NCBI RefSeq assembly: GCF_009914755.1
Contig: NC_060936.1
Source of the DNA: the human T2T-CHM13v2.0 reference genome, Homo sapiens
Strand: one strand, 5' to 3'
Length of the DNA stretch: 64,000 bases
A model generated the notes under the pieces. That model was given only the letters and a program-made list of their open reading frames with translations. It did no database searches and had not been told where the DNA came from. The position numbers and the translations under genes are program-made. How positions within the stretch are numbered: the first letter of the stretch is position 1; the number at the start of each line of letters is the position of its first letter. This document shows positions 44,290 to 58,949 of the stretch, piece after piece.

Positions 44290-44915
44290 TCAGCCAATCA
44301 GGCTGGCCCCTGCCATATCCTTTTGAGGTGCCTGTCCCCCCAGGATTGCCTGTAATGCTTGCATCTTTGAAAAATATCTGTAATAAAAATTCAAATACAT
44401 TCAAAAATGAACATAAATAAAACATAATTTCCTCCAAATGATTTATAAAATACTAAAACATTCACTTCCCTGTCTTCTGCCTGTCAAGAGCGCAGCGGCA
44501 CGCATCCTTGGGGTGGCGGAGCTGCTTCCCTTTCCCCTTCAGAGGCCCTTCCTCGGCTCGAGCGAGGCGCTGCCTTGGCAACACAGAACACCCCAAAGCC
44601 TGCCAGCCCCCACAGCACCTCGCTCTCACTTTATCCATCAAAGCAGCGGCATGATCCTATCCATGGAGAGACGGGATAGCTCTATCGTTCCTCCTCAGGG
44701 GGCTCGAATTTTAGGGGAAGGGCTGAGATGGAAAAACCTGTCGGGACAGCAACAAGTGGGGTGCAGGGGAAAGACACAATCACCCCGTGGGGATTTTTCC
44801 TCTACCCCCAATCTGAGTGAAAGGTACTGTGGGAGAGTTTCACTCCTCTACCCACCTCAGCCTTCCCCACTCCCTGCCAGCCCCCAATTCCCTGCCTCTG
44901 TAACCATGGAGATGC
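44290..44915. promoter_or_regulatory. Candidate promoter/enhancer (CCAAT, CpG cluster, RFX X-boxes)
   Basis: AGCCAATCAG at 44292; ~15 CpG in 44490-44790 of apparently non-repeat DNA; GCTGCCTTGGCAAC (44569-44582) and GTAACCATGGAGAT (44900-44913). Confidence 0.5.
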
Positions 44916-44939
44916 CTGGAGTGGGTCCAAGGCCGGGAG

Positions 44940-45105
44940 TGGCACCCACAAAATCCCCTGAAGGGCATAAGAAAACACAGTTGCTGGGGCCCACTCCAGA
45001 GTTCCTAATTCAGTTGGTCGTGGTGGGCCTCAGAATCTGCATTTCTAACACATTCCCAGGTGATGCTGAGGCTGTGGGACTGGGAACCACACTTTAGGTA
45101 CAACT
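44940..45105. mobile_element. MER5A
   Basis: CTGGGGCCCACTCCAGAGTTCC...CTGCATTTCTAACACATTCCCAGGTGATGCTG...ACCACACTTT. Confidence 0.8.
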
Positions 45106-45917
45106 CATCTAGGTTCTCAGGAACCAAGGCTCCCTTGATGGGACTCCAGTGGGAATGCCGTTGTGCTCAAAGACCTTTCTGCGGAATAGGATGTGATCAT
45201 ATATTATCCTGAGAGGATACTGATCATGTCATATTCCATAGAAAGACTCCAGAGCTATGTGATTTCCAGGGAATTCTCTACGTGCACACACTACACACAC
45301 ACACACACTTGCAGGAAGATGCAGGGCATGCTGGGAATAACTCAAATTAGGCACACAACTTATTGGCTTGAACAATTGACAGACTAGCGAAAGAATAAGT
45401 ATAAAAATAAATAATTAGAGAACAATGTGAAAAGTGCTTTAGAGACAGTATCAAATGCTGTGAGAGTCCCTGGACTGAGACCAGAAGAGTTAGGAAAGAT
45501 TTCAAAAAGGATGCAGCATTTGACCCAGGACTCAAAGGATGAACAGAAGTGGAAAGGATGAAGCAGGGAGTTCGGCAATCAAAGGACCAGATGTAAAACC
45601 AGCCAAGACAGCTGAAAGAGCCTGCTACTCACAGAAAACAAAGGAACTTCATGTGTCTTCAAGGGAATGTTTGGAGATTCCTGTATATAAGGCCTTAAAT
45701 ACCAACCTGAGTTGAATCTTGAAATAGCTCAAAGATTTTCAGGTAAGATGTGTGTTTGCATGAGAGACCAGCTCATTATTCTTCTAAAACCAAATTTGGG
45801 CTCCAGTCCAGTTCACCGAAGCTGTCTGTGCCCTTCGAGGCCATCCTGGAGTTTGAGGAATGGTTGGCCACAGAAATCAAATAGGCTTAATACATTGGCT
45901 GGGAAATTGAGACATCA

Positions 45918-46272
<355 letters not shown>

Positions 46273-47394
46273 TCAAAGGGTCAGATCTGTTCAAGACCCA
46301 AGAAGCTCACCTGGAGCTGACCCTGATGGGAGCCTTCAAAGCTTGGCCATGTGATCAGGAACCATGCAAGCCAGCCACCTGAGTGTCCTGCTGGTGATGA
46401 TGAGGCCATGGAGACCGTGCTTGATGGGCAGCCACTGGACTGGACACACACGTGAGCCAAGTGCATAATAATGATAAAACGTAATAAGATCGCTACTGTA
46501 CAGGTATAAATTTTGCAGTCACAAACTCAGATGTACAAAAATGGAACTTTAAAAAAATTGTGTCCCTAAAATCCTGGCCACCTTAGCTGTCAAAGTGCAT
46601 TCCACCTGAAGCAGAAAACTTAGTCTAGTCAGTTTCAAGAAAACTTAATCCAAAGTTCTCACCCTCTGCTTTTAACTCTTTTTTTTTTCAGCCCACCAGA
46701 GATTCTTTCAGTCGCAGGACCTAAAGCAGCTGCCTGTTGGAATAGAGCGTCCTTTCTCCATCTCAATCTGCCCCAGTCACACGCTGTGTCCGCTACTAAT
46801 ATAACTGGTCAGAGGTTCTCACTGTTCTGTCACTAACCACACTGTAGCTGCTGCTGAGCCATGCAGGCTCCGCCCTCCTCTCTGGGCGCCAGAACCATGC
46901 TGCTCACCTGGAGCCTTCTTGTCTGGATGGCAAGGCCTCCTGGGTCTCTGGCCACTCTCAGCCACTTCTTCACCCCTCCCAAGACTAGAGAAAACTTTCC
47001 TCACTCTTCCACACTACTTCAGGGGCCAGGAAACTTGATGATAATGGGCTGTAAACTCTTCTCTGCTCATGCAAACCACTCCACCATTTTTAATCTACTG
47101 GGAACTCCATTGGTGCAGGGGACCCTGGATCTAAGTGGCTTTCTGTTCTCTCAGACTTCACCTAGGAAGAAAATCACAAGCATCCCTGCCTTGGAACTTT
47201 CCTCTAGACTTACCTGGGCTTTCCATTGTCTAATCCCTGCCAAGGACTCATCCCAGGAGGTGTGGGATTCCTTCTCCAACACCCACCAGCTGTGGTGATA
47301 GCCCCTCCCTCTAATTCACCTCCTACTACCAACCAATTGAACTTTTCTGTCTTTCTAATCAGTAAAATTTGCCACTTAAAAAAAATAAACTTCA

Positions 47395-47741
<347 letters not shown>

Positions 47742-48934
47742 TCATTTGTTTATCAAATATGTATTGAGAATCTAGGTGTTAAGTATGTTCTAAGCACTTA
47801 GGAAGAAGCTCTACACTCATGAAGCTTACATGCTAGAGGGAAGAGATGAACTAGAAACAAAAAATATGATATTTATTATTACACAATTACAATTAGCATG
47901 TGTATGATAAGATTATAGAGCAGATGTATTGATTAAATTGTGTATTAGAAGATGGTATGTGCTGTGGGAAAAAAATCCCAATGCTAAAGGCTGAACTCAA
48001 ACCAATAAATGAGATTCTATAGGTTGGGGGCCATGGCGTTGGTATTTTTTTAAAAGCTCCCCACTTTTAATGTGCAGCCAGACTTGAGAACCTCTGCCTT
48101 ATGTCCATGAAAGCTATCACTATTGCTCTGTGGGAGTTCTTTTATTTATTCATTAATTCATTCAATAAACATTTAGTGAGCACCTACTATTTTCTGTCAT
48201 TGCTCTAAACACTGGAGATAAATCAATGAAGGAAAGAAACAAAGTCCTTACTCTCATGCTGTTCACATACCAGAAGATTATTTTTTCCTTCAACATCTCA
48301 TTTAATTCTCAAAACCTATGTATGCAGTGATCATTATTAGCCCTATTTCCCAGGTGAGGAAACTGAGCCTTGATCAAGTTCAGAAACTACTAAGTGACAG
48401 AGCCAGGACTCACACACAGGTCTGGAGGACTCAGGAGACCTCTCTCATAATAGCATTTCCCAGGGAAAGGCCTTTATTCATGCTTTTTTCATTTTATTTT
48501 CAGTGCTTCATGATGGGTCTGTTTCATGATGTAATTTAATGGATTAAATTTGAACAGCTGGAAATTGTGTAACTGATTACATTCAGCTTCCTTCACAAAT
48601 TGCTAATTTGATTCACACCTGCTGATGTGACACCTGGAGGGAGTAGAAGTGGGTGGGTGGTTAGGCCTCTCCCACATATGTGCTAACTGATTGGGTAAAA
48701 TAAAGGTTATTTTAAAATCTCAAATGGGCCATGACTTGTGATTAGGCAGACCACGTAGCTATCATTGGCTTACCTGTTGGAAACCTGGAAATTATTTTAA
48801 TCAAAGCTAGTGAATTCTGAAATCAATTTTTATTAAATCCCTCTATATATGAGATCATATATTTATAGGACATTCTAACTTTTGATCAGCACTTCATATT
48901 CAGTACAACTGTGAGTTATTTTAAAGACACATTC

Positions 48935-49416
48935 TGTTATGAGCTCAACTGTGTCAGCCTTCTCTCCATAATTCACATGTTGAAGCTCTAACTTCCAGTA
49001 CCTCAGAATGTGACTGTATTTGGAGATAAGGCCCTTCACTTAAAAGCCTCTAAGGCCCCAAATCTATCTCCAAATACAGTCACATTCTGATTCAGTTAAA
49101 ATGATTAAGTCGCATTGTGATTAAGTTAAGGTGAGGCCATTAGGCTGGGTCCTAATCCAATCTGGCTGCTGACCTTATAAGAAGAGGAAATTTAGAAACA
49201 CAGAGACACCAGTAATGTGTGTGCACAAAGACCATGTGAGGACACAGTGAGAAGGTGGCCATCTGCAAGCCAAGGAGAGAGGCATCAGGAGAAACCAGAC
49301 CTGCTGACACCTTGGTCTTGAACTTCTGGCCACCAGAACTGTGAGAAAATAAATTTCTGTAGTTTAAGCCACCCAGTCTGTGGTATTTTGTTATGGCAGC
49401 CCCAGAAACTAACACA
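48935..49416 (+). mobile_element. MLT1B/A0-type solo LTR with an internal inverted duplication
   Basis: TGTTATG...CCTCAGAATGTGACTGTATTTGGAGATA...CAAGCCAAGGAGAGAGG...ACTAACACA; flanks CATTC/CATGC. Confidence 0.88.
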
Positions 49417-49715
49417 CATGCATAATACATTTAATTCAACAAAAAATTACCACTCTATACCTGACATAAAACTGTCCTGTTGAGAGATCTCATGGCCCTG
49501 TATTCAAGGAATTTGCAGTCTTTTAGCGAGACATACACATGGATGAGACATTTAGAGAATAATAAGAGGTCCAAGGCCCAAATGAGCAGGAGAGGAAGTA
49601 AGTGCTACTCCAAAAGGGTCAAAGCCAAGATAGACTGGCATGGGTCACAAAAAGAATAGAGTTTGAAAAGCAGGGAAGTGTCAGGTAGGGAGGGGAGGTG
49701 GAATGAACAATAGTA

Positions 49716-50340
49716 TGCATTTGATCCTGCAATCCCACTACTGAGTATCTACCCAAAGGAAAAATCAATATGTCAAAGGGATACCAGCACTTACATGTTT
49801 ATCACAACACTATTCACAATATCTAGAATAGAGAATCAACTTAAGTGTCCATCAGTAGATGAATGGACAAAGAAAATATGGTATATATATACAATGGAAT
49901 ACGATTCGGCCATAAAAAAAAGAAATCATGTCATTTGTAGCAACAATGATGGAACTTGAGGTCATTATCTTAAGCAAAATAATCCAGGCACAAAAGACAA
50001 ATATCACATATTTTACTTACATGTTGAAGGCAAAAGGTTGATCTCATGGAGGTAGAGAGTGGTAATACAGATAACAGAGACTGGGAAGGGCCAGCAGAGG
50101 GGCAGGGGAAAGGAGAGCACAGGAGAAGTGAAGTCGGTTAAAGGATATGAATATATAGTAACATAAAAGGAATCAATTCAATATTTGATGGCAGAGTAGG
50201 ATGACTATACTTCACAAAATTATATTGCACTACAGTGAGGAACACCCTGAACACTCTGATGTGATCTCTATGCATTATATGCATGTAACACATTTTCTCA
50301 TATACTCCATAAATTCTCACAAATAAAAAAAGAAAGAAAA
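49716..50340 (+). mobile_element. L1MA 3' end
   Basis: TTTGATCCTGCAATCCCACTACTGAGTATCTACCCAAAG...ATGCATTATATGCATGTAAC...A tail. Confidence 0.85.
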
Positions 50341-51789
50341 GGGTGAGCTGAAAATAAAAAATAAAATATAGTTGAAGAGTATGTGTTTCGGAGCAGTCAC
50401 TGCCACTTACTGGCTATGTGACCCTCAGCAATTGTCCTCACCCGGAATGTCAGGTGCACACTTGGTGGGGTGTGGTGAAGCTTCACCATGACAGTGCCAC
50501 AGGAGCAATTCACTAGCATGCATTAAGCACTCCATAAATGTACTAGAATTATGGGACAACAGTGAGGAGAAACTCAGAAATCAAAGAAAGCCTGGGAAAT
50601 AATGAAGGATAAGGGATGTCCTTGGTTGAAGATTTGAGACTAACCTAAATCCTCATGGTAAAAAGGATTTTTTTCTAAAAAGAATATTTTGCTTCCAAAT
50701 TGACAATACATCAATATAATAATATTAAGCTGACATTTGCAGAGCACTCTGTGCCCAGGCACTGTTTTAAACACTTTGTGTGTATTAACTGTTATATACT
50801 CATTGCAGCACTAGTCACAATATCTAAGATATGGAATCAACCTAAGTGTCCATCAACAGATAAATCGTCAAAGGAGGTAGGTAGGTCTGATCATAATTAT
50901 TCTCACTTTATAGATGAAGAAACTGAGCTGGAAAAAGTTGAAGTAACTGGCCAGAATTGCACAGTTAGTAATATTCAAGCACGGGCGATCCTGCCCCAGA
51001 GCCACCACTCCATCCACACATTCATACCCATATTCTCCTCACATCACATGCGACGTTCTGTACTGCCAAGCCCTTAGAACCCTCTTGATTTAGTAAGAAG
51101 GAAACTGAGGCACAGAGAGGGGTCTTGACTAAGTTACCCAAAATTGCATAGCAGGCAAGTGGCAAAGCCAGAACTTGGAATCCTGCTTGCAGCCCCATGC
51201 CCTTCTCTGCTCTTCCCTGACTCTCTTTTCAGAATATGTAAAACTGGGAACTTTCAGAAACTGTCTTATCTGGGGAGAATACATATTCTAAGAACTTCCC
51301 AAAGAATTCTGTTGCCTTTCACCAAACTCTGGGTACTTCCTACTTCTCCATGTGACTCGGTGAGCATTAGAACAAAAAAAAGAAAGAAAGAAAGAAAGAA
51401 GTTTTCAAAATATAAATTCTGCAATTACAGGAATTACAGGGAGAAAAAGAAATTTTAAATACAGTTTTTCTTATGTATGCATAATAAAAGCTAATGTTTA
51501 CTAAGGCCTTGACATACACTGAGCACATTAAGTGCATATGTGCATATTTTCATTTAATTCTCACACCAACCCTCACAGATAGATGCCATTATTATGCCCA
51601 TGGTAGAGATGGCATCGAGGTGAAATAACCTGTCCAGGTCTTAAAGGTTGCCAGTGGCAAAGCACGGAGACTCATGAGTGAAGCAGGTCTGTCAGACCTC
51701 AGTGCACACACTCCTCACTCCACACTTTACTACCTCAAACTCAGTCTCCTGTGTACTTCCTTCCACTCATGTATTCCACCTCCACTCTT

Positions 51790-52137
51790 TTCTTTTTCTT
51801 TTTTTTTTTTTTTGAGACAGAGTCTTACTGTGTCACCCAGGATAGAGTGCAGTGGCACAATCTCAGCTCTCTGCAACCTCTGCCTCCTGGTTCAAGCAAT
51901 TCTCATGCCTCAGTACTCATCCTGAGTAGCCGGGACCACAGATACGCCGCCACCACACCCAGCTAATTTTTTGTATTTTTAGTAGAGACGGGGTTTCACC
52001 ATGTTGGCCAGGCTGGTTTTGAACTCCTGGATGGGCTCAGTGGCTCACGCCTGTAATCCCAGCACTTTGGGAGGCTGAGGCGGGTGGATCACTTGAGGCT
52101 AGGAGGGGATTACAGGTGTGAGCCATTGCGTCCAGCC
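51790..52137 (-). mobile_element. AluS with an internal inverted left-arm segment
   Basis: TSD CCACCTCCACTCTT (51776-51789, 52138-52151); 52029-52105 is in sense orientation. Confidence 0.92.
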
Positions 52138-53588
52138 CCACCTCCACTCTTGAATGCCTTCCCCCTCCCTGTCTAAATCCTAATCATGTTCAAAGCACCA
52201 GTTCCCATCTTCCCTGCCACACCTGCAATTCTGTACACCAGAACACAGGCATCAGAATCACCTAGAGTGGCTGGTAAAAATGAAGGCTCTTATGCCCCAC
52301 CCCTAATTCAGTGGATTATAAGGTAGGAGAGTGGGGCTCAAGTCTGCATTTTAACAAGGTCACTGGGGGATGTTGAAGTCCATCAGTGTTTGAGCAACTG
52401 GCCCACATTACAGTGCATGAAATTTGTATACTAATTACATACTGACCCAGGAGGCATTTGGAGTCTGGCAAGAATTGTACTAGCTCCAAGTAGGTTCAGT
52501 CACAAAGACAGCTGTTTGGCATTTTCCATAAACGCAAGATTACAGATGCCCATTGTGCTCATAGGTTACCCAACCAAAGCTGGGTTATCCATCATATGGC
52601 TTCACTAGGGAACTAGTTGAGCCTTGGTACTACTAACTAAAGAAACATTAGGTACAGAACACAAAGAAAGAGAGAACATTGTGGCTTGTAAAACACTGAA
52701 TTATCCTGGGGTTCATATTTACTACATATTTAGGAGTCAAAAAGTATCCATGCTCTTCTGGTGTTTCCACTTCAAACATAACGATGTGCAGTATAAGAAA
52801 GAAAAATGGATACCAGACATTAAATTAAGAAGCCACTTCTAAAAGCCAGGTGGCTAATTCAAATTAGAACACATTTTGTGTCTTTTCTGAATAACAAGGA
52901 GGAGCAGAAAAGACACATTTTCAATGACATTTATAAAGCATTGATTTCCTTTTCTCTCTAACCCAGGGATGCTTCATTCACTGCAGAGATAACACCCTGA
53001 ATATGAACGTGATTAACAGTGATGATTTGGTAAGAGGTATGTTTAGAGCAAAGCAGCTTCTTCAGCGTTAACCAGCATTTATTGAGCACCTACTATCTAT
53101 AGGGCATACAATGAAATGGAGGTTTGAAAAATATTTAGGTTCTAGCCATGGAGACCTAAGGGTAACAGTACCTAGGAAGGATGAAAGAATGATTACACTG
53201 AGTCCTACAGCAGACCTGGAGTGCTTAAGGAACTTGTACATTTAGTCTACCCAAAAGAATCATAAAAACACTAGAACATAAGTTTTCCTTAACTGCCACA
53301 TCAACTAGCAGGGTTTGGTGGGCAGGAACTACATTCCCCTGGCTGTCCTCCTAGCTCTCCAGAGCAACATATTTGAACAAACAGTTCCTGGCCCAGTCTA
53401 TGGCTCTGGCTAATTTGAGAAAGAAAAAAAATTCCTTGCACCCCCTGTTATACTTTTAAAATCATTATCTATTTAAAAATATATATTGTTGAAAGATATT
53501 ATAAATTCAATGTGATCTTAAAATAAGTTGTATTAAACATAGCAGTATCTACATTCTACATATATCTAAAAATAGTTAAATTGTGTGA

Positions 53589-53863
53589 GGCTGGGTGCAG
53601 TGGTTGACACCTGTAATCCTAATATTTTGGGAGGCTGAGGTGGGAGGATCCCTTGAGGCCTGGAGTTCAAGACCAGCCTGGGCAACTTGTCTCTCCAAAA
53701 AAATTTTTAAGGCTGGACACAGTGTCACACGCTGGTAGCCCCAGCTACTTGGGAGGCTGAGGCAAAAGGATTCCTTGAGCCTAGGAACTTGAGGCTGCAG
53801 TGAGCCAAGACTGTGCTATTGGACTCCAGTCTGGGTGACAGAGAGTGACCCTGTCTCTAAAAA
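53589..53863 (+). mobile_element. AluJ
   Basis: Diverged dimer with a small left-arm deletion. Confidence 0.88.
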
Positions 53864-53932
53864 GTGTGGTTTATTCGGTCCACAGGCAATGCTTCGTGCA
53901 CTTAGGAATCTGAAGAACACTTTAATACTTTC

Positions 53933-54224
<292 letters not shown>

Positions 54225-55501
54225 TCAAGGGCCCAGAGTAGAGACCTGCGTCTCACAAGCTGACATCTCTTGTTCCAGCCTTTAATCTCCAAGGTTTTCC
54301 TCCCAGACTCTACTTAACTAGGTCTGTGGAAAGAAGTCCCCAGTGCCCTGGTGAAAGCAGAGAGGTTAGACCAGTCAGGAAAAGGGAAACTAATGTTGGA
54401 TTTCTTCAGATGGTTGACAGCAGCATTTTTGAAAGCTGTCGGTGTCTTCACCGGGTTGAGGATTGGAGACTGAGCCTGGACTGTCTCGGAGCAACCACTT
54501 GATTCTCTTTGAAGATGTGATTTCACCTCAGAAGACACCTTGACTGCCATAACATGGAGAGTTGTAAAAGGGTGAAGCAAAAAAAAAAAAAAAAGCCTTA
54601 TCGGGCAGGTCATAAATGTCCAATTCTCTCTAAGGGAGGCAAGTATTGTCCTTAGGAATATTTACTTTATGAAACTGTAGGCAGCAGAGAAGTGGTTTGA
54701 ATCAGATCATTCTTAAGGTTTATTCCTCAAAAGTCAAACATGATTTCAGTTTGGGGTCATCCACCAAGCATGAAGGTTGTGGATAACAGTATTATTAATA
54801 TTCCATAAATTCTTTATACAGTACTCAGTGGAAAATCATCATTTGTAATATTTATCTGGTGCTTGAATGAGAACATGTGATAATATGACAATTCAATTTT
54901 CTACTTTGACATTTCAAATATGACCAAGTCATGATAATCAATCAGTAATACGTTTATCATCCACATGAAGCCAATTATGCACCAATAATCAGTGAAATTT
55001 TGAACTTGTAACCTAGACCTGTGTGCAGTAACCGACAGTGAAGGTGGAGACATTTGCTGTAATTGTGCTGTTATTGCTTCTAACAAAATGTTTTATACCC
55101 GAAAGGGCAGGCAGCGCTTTTAAACCCTCCATTCCAGTCTGGCTCTTTATTACAAATTGCCTTTTGAATCATAAGCTCTTTAGAAGGGCAATGTGAGGTG
55201 CAGTCATAGAAGATGGCATGAGTCCATGACTCTGGAGTCGACTAGACTCTGGTTCAAATCCTGGCTCTGCAGTTATTAAGCAAGTAACCTTGAGCAAGAG
55301 ATTTAAGCTCTCTAAGCCTCAGTTTCTCCACCTATAAGGGGGGGATGGTCATAACTACCTTGCGGGGCTATGGAAAGGTTCACCGTCATGTAGGGCACAT
55401 GGTGCACAATAAACAGTAACTATCATAACCAAAAGAATGTAACCAAAGCTTAAAAACTAAGATCATGTTTTTAAAAGAATAATTTTTAAACTTCTTATCT
55501 A

Positions 55502-55798
<297 letters not shown>

Positions 55799-56449
55799 CT
55801 TCCTATATAGATGAATTAATGTTAAGAGAAATATTTAAAACGTAGCACCCATTATAATCAAGTATCTTTTAAAATATTCTGATTACTAGACAACAATTAT
55901 ATGCACTATTTTAATAATATCGTAAAATGGTTGCACTTTGTTCTTTGTTTATTGCATTCTGAAATCCCATGTTAGAATTATAGGCATATAAACCAAGGCT
56001 ATTAAGAATGCCTGGTAAAAGCACTTACTGATGCATCATTTAGCCTGTATTTTGTCTTTGGAAGAGAGAAATCCAAATGGCTGCTTCTTTCAAATGTCAC
56101 CCAGATACATACTGTTCATTTGAGATCATCTAAATTATGGGTGTGTGTGTGTGCATTTTAACTCAACTTTCCATGGCACCCCACAGAAAGTTTCCATCCT
56201 CTGTGAGACAATTGAGAACACCATCTGGGACAATTGAGAATACCGTCTGGGACTCAGATGAATTATGATGTTGCCAATATACATGATATGCATCACTATA
56301 GGAGGCTTCCCATGAGCCTCTTCTCTGGTCCCAAACAGTGGGCCTCAGACCTCATGGGACTGCAGTTATTGCCAGAGATCCTTGAATCACTATGAGCACA
56401 GTCATTCACTGTGTGCAGACTACATACAGCATATTATCACACACAGATG

Positions 56450-56930
56450 TGTGTTTCAGATATCTATTACTGTGTAGCAACCCCCCCACCCATGAGAAGC
56501 CAAAAAAAAAAATGTATTCTTCTCTTCTAATTCTGTGGGTGGATTGGTGGTTCCACTGCTCCACATGGTACTGGCTGAAGTGCTAGGATGTCAACAGTCA
56601 TCTGGGGGCTTGGCTGGGCTGGAACATTCAAGATGTCATGCTCGTACAATTGCCTAGTTTTGGTTCTTGGTGGGAAGCTCAGCTGAGGCTGTCAACCACA
56701 ACACCTATATGTGAAATTTCTATGTACATGGGGCTTCTCAGAGTGGCTAGGTTGCAAAAGATAGCACCCAAAACGGACGTATTTTTAAAAGGCAGAGAGA
56801 GGCAGCAAGGCTTCTTATGCCCTAGCCTTGGAAACCACACAGTGTCATTCTGTTGCTCAAAGCACTCACAGGACCAGCCTGTGATTCAAGCAGAGGGCAA
56901 TTAGACCTCACTTCTCAATGAGAGTTCTGC
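56450..56930 (-). mobile_element. Old MLT1 LTR
   Basis: TATCTATTACTGTGTAGCAAC...GGCTGGAACATTCAAGATG...ATTCAAGCAGAGGG..TAGACC. Confidence 0.65.
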
Positions 56931-57495
56931 AGTTTTCCATGTGTCTTTCAATGTGTAATTGACAAAATACAAATTTATTGAAGGGCATATTGGATTTTTA
57001 GTAAATGTCAATCATTAAATATTTTTTCAACCAACTCATAAAAGTGTAAAAGCAATTTAACAAGATGATTAAGCATTCACGCTGTGCAGTTAGATGGGTC
57101 TGAATTTAAATCCCTATACCTATTGGCTGTGTAAACAGGAGAACATCACTAAGCCTCAATTTCTCCACATCCAAATCAGCAATAGAAACAGACTTCCCAG
57201 TGCAGTTCTAAAGATTGCATAAAAAAAATGCGTGGTAGATGCTTAGCACTCAAGATAATTAGCTCTTGTAGTTGATGTGATGCCAGGAGGCTGCTCCTGC
57301 TGACCATTCTTCCTCCTCTACCTGCCTCCCTGACCCCATCCTTCCGCTCACTTCAACTGATGTTTACATAAACCAATGGGATGGCTACAATGCCCGACAT
57401 GTGCTGTGGCTGGAAAGCGTCTATAGCTAGAAACTCACTGGAAAGATCTATTTTAGCACTTGCTTATGCATAATATTTAATAATGACAAACATAA

Positions 57496-57870
<375 letters not shown>

Positions 57871-58608
57871 TCATAATCAAGTATTTTTTAAAAACTTTTC
57901 TTAAACCTCATTGCCTGACAAAGAAGTCAGGAGCTAATCCCTACTTAGTTTAGTAATCACAAGTGATGACTTAGTTCTGGCCTACTTGCCATGTTTCTTG
58001 GGACAAAACTGACTGAGCAGCAGAATCCAAGGACTATGGTGCATAAAGAGTTAAAAGTAGTATCTGAGTGCACAGCGGTTAGATCAGGTCTCAAGCCAAG
58101 GAAAGCAGGGCAACACAGAGCAAATAACCAGGAACCAAAAGAATCAGCCTGTGTGCTTAGGGTAACAAGCAAGAGCAGATTAATTAAATGGGGTAGTGGG
58201 GACAGGTAGGAAATCCAACTGGATGGAAGCCAAAGTTCAAATCTCAGAAGCATCAGAAGGTCACAGAAAGAATTCTGCAGCTTCCCTGGGGCTGTTCCCC
58301 TTACTGTCTGTTCCAAGCAACTCTTTCTCACCTGGACAGGAAAATGGCCCTGTGTAGCTTCTGATCCAAGTTCAGTCCAATCTAGCCCAAGTTTAGCCCA
58401 GTGAAGTTCGTGGTAACCTGAGAGCTTAATGCAGATTTTAAAGTGAGAATTTTGCTCAATTCAAATATTTTCTCAGAAGGAAGTTCTTTGGCCCTGGGCT
58501 ATTCCAGTGACTATTTCATCAAGAGTGAACTGGCTCTGCCTACAAAATGTATGAGGTTTCTCCTCCATATATGGAAGCCAACAAGGGTTATCCACATGAG
58601 AGAAGCTG

Positions 58609-58949
<341 letters not shown>

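Noticed and set aside
44438-45097. 219-aa ORF, the longest non-L1 ORF
   Set aside because: No recognisable domain; Pro/Ser-rich product expected from GC-rich DNA; C-terminus runs through MER5A
53325-53342. ZNF143/THAP11-like ACTACATTCCCC (similar motif near 59680)
   Set aside because: Partial matches with no CpG or promoter context
54314-54613. 99-aa minus-strand ORF with a pyrimidine tract and CAG, resembling a terminal exon
   Set aside because: No recognisable homology, no partner exons found, no clear polyA signal before the adjacent Alu; cannot be supported without RNA data
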